This document shows positions 9,529-19,821 of a DNA stretch of 64,000 nucleotides, in pieces. The stretch's first letter is position 1; each line of letters begins with the position of its first letter. The stretch comes from Candidatus Doudnabacteria bacterium (GTDB lineage: Bacteria; Patescibacteriota; Doudnabacteria; UBA920; O2-02-FULL-48-8): the NCBI GenBank assembly GCA_037200925.1, contig JBBCGO010000001.1, positions 824,235 through 888,234 of the forward strand, read 5' to 3'. The notes beneath the pieces were generated by a model. It was not told where the DNA came from. It searched no databases and saw only the letters and a list, made by a program, of their open reading frames with translations. The translations under genes and the position numbers were made by a program.

Positions 9529-12069
9529 ATGAAAAAAATATCTTTTTTTACGGCTTTAATCGGCATTTTTGCGGGTTTAGTGGTTTTTGCAGGGTCTGCC
9601 CATGCCATGACGCCAACTTTGTCCTTAACCGGCACCGGCGACGGCGATTCTGTCCAGATCAATGTCACCGGCGATCCCAGCGTTAATGTTTTGCTGTTTT
9701 ACACCAAAACCAATGTCGGGTCGCAGATAGCCACATTGGGGATGACCAATGCCAGCGGCAATTTTTCAAATACTATCAGCTCTTCCGGCTACGGCATTGC
9801 CGCCGGCACCTCGGTTTACGTTGAGACCACCGGTTTGAACGGTCCGCAATCGGCTGCCGTGGCCTGGCCGATCGCATCGACCAGCGGCACGTTTTCCTTG
9901 AGTCCGACCGGAGTTGTGCTTTCCGCCGGCCAAAATTCCACCATTACCGCGTCCAACAACGGCGGCAACACGCTTTATTTATCCAACAATTCCAACCCGC
10001 CTGTGGCCAACGCCAACATCAGCGGCAATCAAATTAATATTACGGCCTTAAGCAACGGCTCCACGGTCCTGACCGTCTGCACCAGCGGCAATACGTCAAC
10101 TTGCGCCAGCGCCTATGTTACCGTGCAGAACAGCGGCGGGCAAGCGCTGACATTCAGCCTAAGCAATGTGACCGTGGCTCCGGGCCAGAGCGTGCCCATC
10201 ACCATCAGCGGCGGCAACGGCAGTTATTCAACGTTAAACAATTCTAATTCCGCGGTCATCCAAACCAATATCAGCGGGTCCACAGTAACTCTCAGTACCA
10301 ACGGCACCAGCGGCTCCGCGGCCATAACCATTTGTTCGTCGGATATGGCGGCATGCGGCATTATCAATGCCACGGCCGGCAGCGCCAGCACCACGGCGCT
10401 GTCGCTCAGTCCGTACAATCCCACCCTGGCACCCGGCCAAAGCTTGAATGTGACCATTTCGGGCGGGGCTTCGTCAACATATTATGTTTCTTCCAACTCC
10501 AATCAGACCTCGTTAAGCACAAGCGTAAACGGGAGTAATCTGACGCTGACCGGCAATAGCTACGGTACGGCAAATCTGGTGGTATGTTCATCAAGCGGCA
10601 GCTGCGGCAACCTGACCGTGACAGTCAGCTATGTTTCCTACGGCGGCACCATAACTTTAAGCCAAAGCAGCATAGTGCTGCTGGTCGGGCAGGTCTTGAG
10701 CGTGACGGTCACAGGCGGCACTACGCCTTATTCCTTGTCTCCGGCTCAGAGCAATTTATTCCAGGCCAGCCTCAATGGCAATGTGGTCACCCTGTCCGGA
10801 ATTGCGGCCGGATCTTCCACGGTCTACGTCTGTTCTGCCGGCAGTGCCTGTGCCACGTTATCCGTCACAGTCAACGCCTCAGGCGCCGGTACGCCCATAA
10901 CCTTCAGCCAAAATAATATCAATTTGAGCATGGGAGGAATTACCGCGCTGACCATAACCGGCAGCGGCGGCTACTATGCCTCCACCAACTCCAATCCCAG
11001 CGTCGCTACTGTGCAGATCAGCGGCAGCACTGCTCTGGTCACGGCCGGCAGCGCCGGTTCAAACAATATTTCCATTTGCCAAAGCGGCGGACAATGCGCG
11101 ATCTTATTCGTGACCGTCAGTTCCGGCACCTCCACCGTTTCCATCCCGGCATTCAGCAACACTAATCCCGTGATCACGGCAGGACAGGTCTTGAACGAAA
11201 CTATTTCCGGAGGCGCTTCAAGCAATTATTATATTCTGGCCAACACCAACCCCGCTGTCGTGCAGTTGAGTCTGAACGGCAATCAGCTGGCCCTGTCAGG
11301 CTTAACCGGCGGTTCATCCACAGTTGCGATCTGTGCGACATCCAACAGTTGCGCCGTACTGACCGTTACGGTGAACGGGACTGCCGCATCGAACATTTAT
11401 TTTGCCACCACCAGCCTGCCTCTTGGCATAGTAGGGCAGGCTTACAACAACCAGATCATGGCCGCGGGCGGCAACGGCAGCTACACGTTCACCTTAACTT
11501 CGGGAAGCCTGCCTTCGGGGCTGACTTTATCCGCCACCGGTTTGCTTTCCGGTACCCCTATCGGAACTGCCAATAATAATATTTCCATTATGGCCGCGGA
11601 CAGCACCGGCAATTCCGCCACAGCGAATTTTACCCTGACCGTAAATAATGCCGCTCCCGTTGCTCCCGCTCCCGCCAGCACGGGCCCATACCAGAACGGC
11701 CAATTGATCCTTGAAAACGGCACAGTTTATATCGTTTATCAAAACACCAAAGTCGGGTTTGCCAGTGCGGATGCGTTCGTGGGTCTGGGTTATCAATTCA
11801 GCAATGTCACTCCCGTAACTGATTCGGGGTTGGCGGTTTCCAGCAAGGTCGTGGTCACGGCCGACGGGGGACATCCCAGGGGTTCGTGGCTTCTGAGCGG
11901 CCAGGCGGTATTTTTTCTGACACCCGACGGGTTGATCCCGGTCCCTGACTGGAATACCTTCCTAAGCAACGGCGGCCAGGCCATTTTCATAGTCAGTGCC
12001 AACAGTTTTGATCTGGCCCGGCCCAGACTGGCAAACATGAGCATGAACGATTCCAGGCTGAGCCCCTAA
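9529..12069 (+). CDS. Large secreted surface protein with tandem Ig-like repeats and C-terminal CPR-type repeats
   Basis: About six ~85-aa beta repeats each ending C-x(4-7)-C; He_PIG-like domain (GSLPSGLTL); two terminal GxLI..GTVY repeats. Confidence 0.8.
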   Translation: MKKISFFTALIGIFAGLVVFAGSAHAMTPTLSLTGTGDGDSVQINVTGDPSVNVLLFYTKTNVGSQIATLGMTNASGNFSNTISSSGYGIAAGTSVYVETTGLNGPQSAAVAWPIASTSGTFSLSPTGVVLSAGQNSTITASNNGGNTLYLSNNSNPPVANANISGNQINITALSNGSTVLTVCTSGNTSTCASAYVTVQNSGGQALTFSLSNVTVAPGQSVPITISGGNGSYSTLNNSNSAVIQTNISGSTVTLSTNGTSGSAAITICSSDMAACGIINATAGSASTTALSLSPYNPTLAPGQSLNVTISGGASSTYYVSSNSNQTSLSTSVNGSNLTLTGNSYGTANLVVCSSSGSCGNLTVTVSYVSYGGTITLSQSSIVLLVGQVLSVTVTGGTTPYSLSPAQSNLFQASLNGNVVTLSGIAAGSSTVYVCSAGSACATLSVTVNASGAGTPITFSQNNINLSMGGITALTITGSGGYYASTNSNPSVATVQISGSTALVTAGSAGSNNISICQSGGQCAILFVTVSSGTSTVSIPAFSNTNPVITAGQVLNETISGGASSNYYILANTNPAVVQLSLNGNQLALSGLTGGSSTVAICATSNSCAVLTVTVNGTAASNIYFATTSLPLGIVGQAYNNQIMAAGGNGSYTFTLTSGSLPSGLTLSATGLLSGTPIGTANNNISIMAADSTGNSATANFTLTVNNAAPVAPAPASTGPYQNGQLILENGTVYIVYQNTKVGFASADAFVGLGYQFSNVTPVTDSGLAVSSKVVVTADGGHPRGSWLLSGQAVFFLTPDGLIPVPDWNTFLSNGGQAIFIVSANSFDLARPRLANMSMNDSRLSP

Positions 12070-12082
12070 AAGCTGGGTAAAC

Positions 12083-12113
12083 AAAAAAACCGACTTGAAG
12101 TCGGTTTTTTTTT
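12083..12113. terminator. Bidirectional intrinsic terminator
   Basis: A7-CCGACTT-G-AAGTCGG-T9 between convergent genes. Confidence 0.8.
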
Positions 12114-12124
12114 CGTCATTCTGC

Positions 12125-15100
12125 TCATTCGGATCTGAGCATCGGATATTTTTCTTTTATCCATTTGGTAAAGGATGCCGCGTCTATCGCCGGGCTGAAC
12201 AATTTTCCCTGGCCGCCTTCGCATTTTTGCGATGCAAGAAATTCCAATTGTTCTTTCGTTTCAACTCCTTCGGCAATGACTTTTAATTTCAAATTGTGCG
12301 CCATAGAAATGATGGCTCTGACGATTTCCGCATCCTGTTCGCTGGTGAGGCAGTCTTTTATGAACGATCTGTCGATCTTCAGGTTATTCAAAGGAAAACG
12401 GTTGAGATAGCTTAACGATGAATAGCCTATGCCGAAGTCATCTATGGAAATCTCAAATCCTAATTTTTTCAGGCGCTCCAGCTGCTCAGTTGTGATTTTG
12501 AGATTATGCATGGCAATACTTTCGGTTATTTCCAATTCTATGAAAGCCGGCTTAAGCTTGAGTTCGTGCAGCGTTGAAGCGATTTTTTTGACCAGATTTG
12601 CCTGGGTAAATTGATGAGCGGAAAGGTTGACAGCCAGTTTCAGGTCCGGCAGATCTAATTTGTGCCATTTTTTTAATTGCATGCCGGCCGTTTTCAGGAC
12701 CCAGTCATCGATAGCAATAATTGCGCCGGTGTCCTCAGCCGCAGCAATGAATTCGCGAGGCAGGATCAAACCCAGCTTGGGATGCTGCCATCGGATCAGC
12801 GCTTCGACTGACATTAATGTGCCGTCTTTGACGTTTATCACCGGCTGATAAAATATTTTCAATTCTTTGCGGGACAGCGCCGTGCGCAAAGCAGTTTCGA
12901 TGGCCAATTTTTTGGAGGTCCGCTCGCTCATGCCCTGGTTATAGAGCAGGTGTTTGCTTCTGGCGGATTCTTTCGATCTGTACAAAGCCGTATCCGCGTT
13001 TTTCAGAAGCGTGTGAATATCTTTTCCGTCTTCAGGATAGAGCGCAATGCCCATGCTGGCCCCGACGTGGAGCGTATGGTTATTAATTTTAAATGCCGGC
13101 TTTAATGCCGCAGTGATCTTTTCCGCAACCTTTACCGTCTGGGTGTCATCCCTGATGTTGATAAGCAGAATGATAAATTCATCACCGCCCCACCTTGACA
13201 GCGTATCTTCCCGCCGGATGCACGATCCCAATCGTTCACCGACTTTTTTCAGCAGTTCATCTCCCACGCTGTGTCCCAGCGTGTCGTTGATCGTTTTAAA
13301 TTGGTCTAAATCCAAAAATATGATGCCTACCCGCTCTTTGTGCCGTTTGGCGCGATTAAGCGTCATGCCCAGGCGATCTTCCAGCAATTTTCTGTTGGGC
13401 AGGTTGGTGAGCGTATCATGAAAAGCTTGATGGTGAATTGTCCGTTCGGACTGCTTGCGTTCCCTCACGTCCCGGGCTACGACCGCAATTGCCGAGGATC
13501 TCTTTGTTTTGGGATCGCTTATGGCAAATATATGCATTTCCGTCACAATGGGCGTGCTTGTGGGCAAATGTTTGAGCTGCAGTTCGCCCGTCCAATTTTC
13601 ACCGAGAACTATCGCAGGCAGAATATCCTTTTCCAGTTTTTCCCTGTCAGCTTTCATAAAATAATCAAAAATAGTCATACGTTTTCCATTCCCGTTGCTG
13701 CCGCGCGGGTTTCCTACAAGGCGCCTCCCTCCGCCGTTGAGAAAGAGTATCTTGCCTTCCGGCAGCACCAAACTGATAAAATCGCTGCTGTTTTGAATAA
13801 GCGAGGATAATTCGCGCTGGCGCTGCGAAATGTCCTCGATCGCCAATAAGATCAGGCCAGGCGACCTTTCTCCGTCCTTTGGAATAGCCCGGGCATTCAG
13901 GAGCATGGTCCTGGATTCGTGATTAGGAAAATCATGTTCAATTTCTAAGTCGTGGAATTTTTTACCCTCCGGCAAAATTTCTTCCAAGAGCTTGCGCAAG
14001 CGGGGGATATTCCATTGTCCCTTTTCTATTGTGTACAAGGGCTGCCCCACGACATCTTTTTTCAAAAGTTTAAAAGTAGCATAAAAAGCGGAATTCGCTT
14101 CTTTGATGCGGAGGTCTCCGTCCAGAACCAAAAGAGGTTCGCGGACCGTGTCAAAAACCGCTTCAATATATTCCAGGCTGGTTTTCAGCTTGTCGATGTC
14201 GATCAGCGTAATGACCGTGCCGTTGATCTTGTTGTCGTGGGAGCGGGAAGGATGGATTTGCAGAGAATGCCAGGTGCCTTGCAGATCCTGAACGTCTTTT
14301 TTATATGGCGTGCCGGTAATTATCACTTCCCGCAGCAGCTCTTCCATGTTGGGGACTTTGAGGTTGGATTTGATGTCAGTGATGGGGCGGCCGATATCCG
14401 AGGGTAATATCCTCAAAATTCTTACTGCAGTGGGGGTAAAGCGCCTCACGGTCAGGTCATGTTCCAGCATCACCACCGGTATATCCACGGTGCTCAGAAG
14501 ATTGACCAGATCTTCGGACAACTGCCCTAATTCTGAATTTCTGTGCTGGACTTCTTCATTGACCGTGGTTAATTCCTCATTGGTGGACTGCAGTTCTTCC
14601 TTGGCTGTTTCCAGTTCTTCGTTGGTGCTTTGCAGCTCTTCGTTGCTGGACATGATCTCTTCGTTGGCTGCCATCAATTCTTCGTTGGCCGCCTCATGGT
14701 TTTCGATCAGTTCCTGCAGATATTTTCTGGTTGAGCTGACTTCTTGTTCCAGCTGCTTGTAAGTCTGATTTTTGGAACGTGGCCCTTGGCGCCGATCATT
14801 ATTTTTTTTGACCTTTGCGGCCTGAGCTGAGCTTTCTTCAAAAAGGATCAGGAAGTATGCTCCATTTTTTCCTATCGGAAGAACTTCAATATTGATGTTC
14901 CGATGGCTGCCGTTGATGGTCAGGCCGACATTTTCTTTCCGGAACGGCTTTTTGGTTTTTTTCGCTTCATCAACCGCCTGTGACAATTCTGAAAACAGGC
15001 CGACGGCCACCATTTTCAGTAAACTAAAACTTGCCTTCCCGGGCGCCATCTCCAGGTAAGGGCGGGTTTGGCCCCGGAATTGAATAACCTCCAGTTTGTT

Positions 15101-16750
15101 GTTGATCAAGATGCCGGCCGGAGCAAAATTGTTCACGATCAGGCGGTCAGCTTCTGCCTGAGCGTCCTTGACGCCCAGAATTTTGTTATCTGCAGCGGCT
15201 GTCTGCACCTGCTGCGTTACCGTATCGGCGGTTATCAGGTCGCGTTCATGACGCTGGTCAGAAAGCGGCTGATTGAAAGAAGTGATTGCAGCCGGGTTTG
15301 CCAGGGGATTTTTGGAATAGATCTTATGCTTTTTATCGATTGGAACGAACAGATCGGAAAAACTTCCGGTTGTCTCGGCGGTTCCGAGCTTTAAGAATCC
15401 TCCCGGTTTGAGCGCAAAATGAAACACCGGAAAGATTTTATGGTGCAGTGCCGGCCCCATGTAAATGAGAAGATTTTGGCAGCTGATAAAATCCAGAAAC
15501 GAAAAGGGAGGATCTTTTATCAAATTTTGCTTGGCAAAAACGCACATCTCTCTTATCTGTTTGCTTATCTGGAAACCGTTTTCTACTCTGTGGAAAAAAC
15601 GCTCCAGCCGCTCGGGCGAGACGTCCAGAGCAATATTTTCGATGTAGATCCCTTCGCGGGCGCGGGCCAATGACTTATCGCTGACGTCAGTGGCAAATAT
15701 TTGTACGGGAATGGCGATCTCGCGCTTTTTTAAATATTCAGACAAACTGATGGCAATGGAATAAGCTTCCTCGCCGGTGGAACATCCCGGCACCCAAATT
15801 CTTACGGGTTTGTCCGGAGGTTTGTTTTTTACGAGCGCCGGCCAGACCTTATGTTCCAGTATCTTAAACCCTTCGGGTTCGCGGAAGAAGCGGGTTACGG
15901 TGATCAGAATTTCGTCATACAGTTCACTGATCTCTTGAGGATGGCTCTTTATGAACTCCACATAATCTTTGTAGCTTTCCATCTTATTGAGTGTCATCCG
16001 TCGTTCTATGCGCCGTTTAATTGTGGCGTATTTGTAATTGGCAAAATCAACGCTGGTGTGGATCCGCAGCAAATTCAGAATTTTATGCATCGACTCATTG
16101 CCGGATGCTACGAATTCTTGAGCTGTTTCATATTCGGGCTTGGCCAAGTGCCCATTTTTCGCAAGCTGGCCTAATTCTTTACCGATGTTTTTGGCGGAAA
16201 GGATATGGTCCACGTTGCCGCTGGCAATGGCAGACTGCGGCATGCCGTTATATTTTGCGGATTCCAGATCCTGGGCAATGGTTATGCCGCCCACGGATTT
16301 AATTTCCGAAATACCAAGCGTGCCGTCACTGCCGGTGCCCGACAGAATGACGCCGATCGGCGGCGTACTACTACTACTATCGTCGGCAAGCGATCTGAAA
16401 AAAATATCTATTGGCATATGCTGGCCGTCAAACATTTTCCGCGGTGTCAGATACAGGATCCTGTCTTTTATGGTTATATTTTTATTCGGCGGAATAACAT
16501 ACACGGTATTTGGTGAAACCGGCATATTATTCTTGGCTTCCAGGATCGGAATAGAGGTTTTTTTACTGAGAATTTCCTGCAAATAACTTTCGTGATGGGG
16601 ATCTAAATGCTGAACCAGGACGTAAGCCATATTGGAACGAGGAGGCAAGTATGAAAGCAATTCAAGAAAAGTCTCCAAGCCCCCGGCTGATGCCCCTATA
16701 CCCACAATAGGAAAATTCCCCCTCGGTGCAAGAGGATATTTCTTTTGCAT
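12125..16750 (-). CDS. CheB-CheR-PAS-GGDEF-EAL fusion (c-di-GMP signalling protein)
   Basis: GASAGG, VQH, GSDG (CheB); GCSTGEEAYS (CheR); EELQSTNEEL coil; PAS domains; GGDEF; EAL and DDFGIGYSS. Confidence 0.93.
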   Translation of the reverse strand: MQKKYPLAPRGNFPIVGIGASAGGLETFLELLSYLPPRSNMAYVLVQHLDPHHESYLQEILSKKTSIPILEAKNNMPVSPNTVYVIPPNKNITIKDRILYLTPRKMFDGQHMPIDIFFRSLADDSSSSTPPIGVILSGTGSDGTLGISEIKSVGGITIAQDLESAKYNGMPQSAIASGNVDHILSAKNIGKELGQLAKNGHLAKPEYETAQEFVASGNESMHKILNLLRIHTSVDFANYKYATIKRRIERRMTLNKMESYKDYVEFIKSHPQEISELYDEILITVTRFFREPEGFKILEHKVWPALVKNKPPDKPVRIWVPGCSTGEEAYSIAISLSEYLKKREIAIPVQIFATDVSDKSLARAREGIYIENIALDVSPERLERFFHRVENGFQISKQIREMCVFAKQNLIKDPPFSFLDFISCQNLLIYMGPALHHKIFPVFHFALKPGGFLKLGTAETTGSFSDLFVPIDKKHKIYSKNPLANPAAITSFNQPLSDQRHERDLITADTVTQQVQTAAADNKILGVKDAQAEADRLIVNNFAPAGILINNKLEVIQFRGQTRPYLEMAPGKASFSLLKMVAVGLFSELSQAVDEAKKTKKPFRKENVGLTINGSHRNINIEVLPIGKNGAYFLILFEESSAQAAKVKKNNDRRQGPRSKNQTYKQLEQEVSSTRKYLQELIENHEAANEELMAANEEIMSSNEELQSTNEELETAKEELQSTNEELTTVNEEVQHRNSELGQLSEDLVNLLSTVDIPVVMLEHDLTVRRFTPTAVRILRILPSDIGRPITDIKSNLKVPNMEELLREVIITGTPYKKDVQDLQGTWHSLQIHPSRSHDNKINGTVITLIDIDKLKTSLEYIEAVFDTVREPLLVLDGDLRIKEANSAFYATFKLLKKDVVGQPLYTIEKGQWNIPRLRKLLEEILPEGKKFHDLEIEHDFPNHESRTMLLNARAIPKDGERSPGLILLAIEDISQRQRELSSLIQNSSDFISLVLPEGKILFLNGGGRRLVGNPRGSNGNGKRMTIFDYFMKADREKLEKDILPAIVLGENWTGELQLKHLPTSTPIVTEMHIFAISDPKTKRSSAIAVVARDVRERKQSERTIHHQAFHDTLTNLPNRKLLEDRLGMTLNRAKRHKERVGIIFLDLDQFKTINDTLGHSVGDELLKKVGERLGSCIRREDTLSRWGGDEFIILLINIRDDTQTVKVAEKITAALKPAFKINNHTLHVGASMGIALYPEDGKDIHTLLKNADTALYRSKESARSKHLLYNQGMSERTSKKLAIETALRTALSRKELKIFYQPVINVKDGTLMSVEALIRWQHPKLGLILPREFIAAAEDTGAIIAIDDWVLKTAGMQLKKWHKLDLPDLKLAVNLSAHQFTQANLVKKIASTLHELKLKPAFIELEITESIAMHNLKITTEQLERLKKLGFEISIDDFGIGYSSLSYLNRFPLNNLKIDRSFIKDCLTSEQDAEIVRAIISMAHNLKLKVIAEGVETKEQLEFLASQKCEGGQGKLFSPAIDAASFTKWIKEKYPMLRSE

Positions 16751-17000
16751 TAGGGCCTTTTTTAGCGCGCTGGATGGCCGCTGTTTTTTATTCCGATCAG
16801 GTTTGATCTTCGTAAAATACCTTTCCTTTTCACTATCACAACAACGTATTGTATTACAGCAAATGGGGCATTGTCAATTGGAATAATTCCAAATTTTTTG
16901 TTGTTTTAGTCTGCGTTTTTTTGAAAAATTGTCCATATTTATTTTGGGCTAAACAAAAATTCCCGCCAAACGACAGGGAATCTTTGTTTAAAACAGGTGT

Positions 17001-17249
17001 TTACTTGCGAACCATTTTTACGATCCAGATGAGTACGACAGCTCCTAACAGAGCGACCAGGAAGCTCGGAACATTGAAGCCGCTTATTCCCGTTTTGCCG
17101 ATCAGACTCATGATCCATCCGCCGATCACGGCGCCGATGATTCCGACAATGATGTTGGCCAGCAAACCCATTTGGGCATTGGTGCCCATGATCATAGAAG
17201 CGACCCAGCCCACTAATGCCCCGAAAATAATCCAAAGGATTATACCCAT
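17001..17249 (-). CDS. GlsB/YeaQ/YmgE family membrane protein
   Basis: WIIFGALVGWVAS..NIIVGIIGAVIGG. Confidence 0.9.
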   Translation of the reverse strand: MGIILWIIFGALVGWVASMIMGTNAQMGLLANIIVGIIGAVIGGWIMSLIGKTGISGFNVPSFLVALLGAVVLIWIVKMVRK

Positions 17250-17275
17250 ATATGTTTTTTGTTAATTATTTAATG

Positions 17276-17635
17276 TTATTTAGGTTCTTCTTTGTCCAGT
17301 TTCGCCGCAGCCTCAGGCGTAGATACAGTCTTGCTCATGGAGAACAGCCTGATGATGCCCCAAGCCACAAGCCAGTAGACCAGCATGGCCAGAAGCGTGG
17401 TCCATTCAAATATATTGCCTTCGACTTTCGTCATCTTGAAAACGTTGAGAAATGGTGCAGCGAAAGGATAGCTGACATTATAAATAAAACTGCTGAATCC
17501 GGCATTCGGGTTGGCGGCAAGCAGCTTTAGCACGAACCGAAACACCAAAAGCGCTTCCAGCAGGCCCAGAATATACCAAACGATCTGAATACCCCGGAAT
17601 AAGGGCTTGGTTGTGGGTGAATTGTATGAATCCAT
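17276..17635 (-). CDS. YggT family membrane protein
   Basis: LLVFRFVLKLLAANP..FIY..S.PF.APF; ATG at 17635. Confidence 0.85.
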   Translation of the reverse strand: MDSYNSPTTKPLFRGIQIVWYILGLLEALLVFRFVLKLLAANPNAGFSSFIYNVSYPFAAPFLNVFKMTKVEGNIFEWTTLLAMLVYWLVAWGIIRLFSMSKTVSTPEAAAKLDKEEPK

Positions 17636-17799
17636 ATAATTAATGGTTAATATTGTTAAATATAGTATATACCTTTTATAGCTTTTTAGGAAAGGTTGCG
17701 TTGCACAAAAGAAAGTCGAAGATTGCCGGTGTTTTTTGTTAACCTTATACTTATAATAGTAGTTGAAGTTGCGCCACAATTTGAACAGGAGGACCTGTC

Positions 17800-18231
17800 A
17801 TGAGATGGAACGGAATTTACTCTGTTCTGGCAGTACTCGCTGTCATGCTCTGGCTCCAGTGGAAAACGTACAGTAAGGTTAGCGGCCGCCGCAGATTCCG
17901 AGAAGGCGATATTGTACTGTACGTAAACCCAGAGAGCGATGACATGAACAATATGATCACCAAGGTACTGCATGTTTTCCACTCGCACGGTACGGTACAG
18001 ATCCGCGGTAAGGGCACTACGGTGCTTGTATCTGCCAGCCGTTTGCAAATACTCAACATTGACACCAATGCGCCGATGCAAGTGCCGGAAGAACCGATCG
18101 CGGGCGATATCGGGCAGGGCGAAAAAACCCTTCGATGGAATCAGGCAAAGTTCCGTTTGATTCCGTTGAGCTGGTTCGATTACCTTGTCCCGGCCGGCGC
18201 TACACCGGTAGGTGAGTATGAAAGATTATAG
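17800..18231 (+). CDS. Hypothetical protein (N-terminal TM, possible SH3/KOW-like domain)
   Basis: Strong SD GGAGG, own promoter and terminator; FREGDIVLYV motif. Confidence 0.6.
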   Translation: MRWNGIYSVLAVLAVMLWLQWKTYSKVSGRRRFREGDIVLYVNPESDDMNNMITKVLHVFHSHGTVQIRGKGTTVLVSASRLQILNIDTNAPMQVPEEPIAGDIGQGEKTLRWNQAKFRLIPLSWFDYLVPAGATPVGEYERL

Positions 18232-18351
18232 GCAGTTCTGCACGAAAATCCCAGCGATGAGTAGTGCAGTTTTTTTATTGGTTAATTAAGTCTTGACTTA
18301 ATTAAAGACCTGGTTTATTGTCGAGAAGAAATAATAATTAACCTGAACCAT

Positions 18352-18864
18352 ATGCAAAAGATCTCTCCATTTTTGTGGTTTGACAATAATGCCGAAGAGG
18401 CAATGAAGTATTATGTTTCGGTTTTCGCGGGAAATCCTGCCAAGAAAGCCGAATCGAAAGTCGTAACCATCCAGCGCTATCCGGACGGACCGCTGGAAGG
18501 CCCGATGAAGGGCATGGAAGGAAAAGTTCTGACCGAAGTGTTTGATCTGGAAGGACAACAGCTCATGGCCCTGGACGGCGGGCCGCACTTTAAATTCACT
18601 GAAGCCATCTCCATGTTGGTGGACGTTGAAAATCAGGAAGAGCTTGATTATTTTTGGGACAAACTTTCGGCAGTTCCGCAAGCGGAACAATGCGGCTGGT
18701 GCAAGGACAAATTCGGCCTGTCCTGGCAGATCGCGCCCATGGCTTTAATGGGGCAAATGATGGGGGATAAGGACCGCGCAAAAGGCGGCAGGGTCATGCA
18801 GGCCATGCTGAAGATGAAAAAAATTGACATCGCTGAATTGCAGAGAGCTTACGAACAAGCATAA
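18352..18864 (+). CDS. VOC family protein (PhnB/3-dmu-9 methyltransferase-like)
   Basis: MQKISPFLWF..CGWCKDKFGLSWQI..MLKMKKIDIA. Confidence 0.9.
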   Translation: MQKISPFLWFDNNAEEAMKYYVSVFAGNPAKKAESKVVTIQRYPDGPLEGPMKGMEGKVLTEVFDLEGQQLMALDGGPHFKFTEAISMLVDVENQEELDYFWDKLSAVPQAEQCGWCKDKFGLSWQIAPMALMGQMMGDKDRAKGGRVMQAMLKMKKIDIAELQRAYEQA

Positions 18865-19014
18865 AATAGCCGCAAAATAGGCTCAAAAAACACTACTTTG
18901 GACTAGTGTTTTTTGTTATACTTTAATATCTATTAAGATCCAAAAAGGATAGTATTGACAAAATTGCTTTTCTATGCTATACTTATATATTACAAATAAG
19001 GGCTAATAAACTCT

Positions 19015-19716
19015 ATGAAAATACGATATATATACATTGCATTGGTTCTAATAGCTGCAATAGTTGTGATCGTATTCAGTATGTCGAATTTTAAGCTTTC
19101 TACCCAGTCAGCCCAGGCAGTTTTCCAAAACATATCGCCTGCTTCTTCAGGTTCTGTTCGCGGTCTCAACCCTAGCGTTGCGTTAGGTCAGATTGCCGGC
19201 GCCTCAATTATTGCCCCTCAATTATCCATGCCGATATCAGCAGGCTTAAGCCGCGTTACCAAAAAACCATACGGGCTGTTTGTCACTCCGCAAACTTCTC
19301 CTGTACCCGATGATATTTTTACCGGATACCATACGGGAATTGATTTTGAAACTACTCCTGCTGAACAAAATACGGATGTAACCATTACAGCGGCCTGTGA
19401 CGGAACGGTATTGCTGAAAGAATGGGCAACCGGTTACGGCGGAGTTTTTGTGCAGAGCTGCAAGCTTGACGGCCAAGACGTGACGGTGATTTACGGCCAT
19501 TTAAATCTTGACAGCATTACTCCCATAGTCGGACAAACCATTACAGCCGGAGATAAGATCGGGAATTTGGGCCAGGGCTTTACGCACGAGACTGACGGCC
19601 GCCGCATGCATCTTCACTTTGACATTCACAAAGGTACTGAAATAAATATTCTCGGTTACGTTCCAAATCAAAGCGATCTTACTAACTGGCTTGACCCGAT
19701 GAAATATTTGCAGTAA
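19015..19716 (+). CDS. M23 family peptidase
   Basis: HTGID, YGH and HLHF motifs; N-terminal TM. Confidence 0.88.
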   Translation: MKIRYIYIALVLIAAIVVIVFSMSNFKLSTQSAQAVFQNISPASSGSVRGLNPSVALGQIAGASIIAPQLSMPISAGLSRVTKKPYGLFVTPQTSPVPDDIFTGYHTGIDFETTPAEQNTDVTITAACDGTVLLKEWATGYGGVFVQSCKLDGQDVTVIYGHLNLDSITPIVGQTITAGDKIGNLGQGFTHETDGRRMHLHFDIHKGTEINILGYVPNQSDLTNWLDPMKYLQ

Positions 19717-19821
19717 CTTAAATCTTCCCGCTCATGAGCGGGAATTTTTTTGACTTTCGTTAGCCAATATTTTATAATTAATAACATAATCTTCTAAAAC
19801 GGAAACCAAAAAGGATGTTCA

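Noticed and set aside
8668-19008. AAATAAGGGCTAA near the starts of both the sortase and M23 genes
   Set aside because: Only two AT-rich copies, one inside a predicted CDS; chance cannot be excluded
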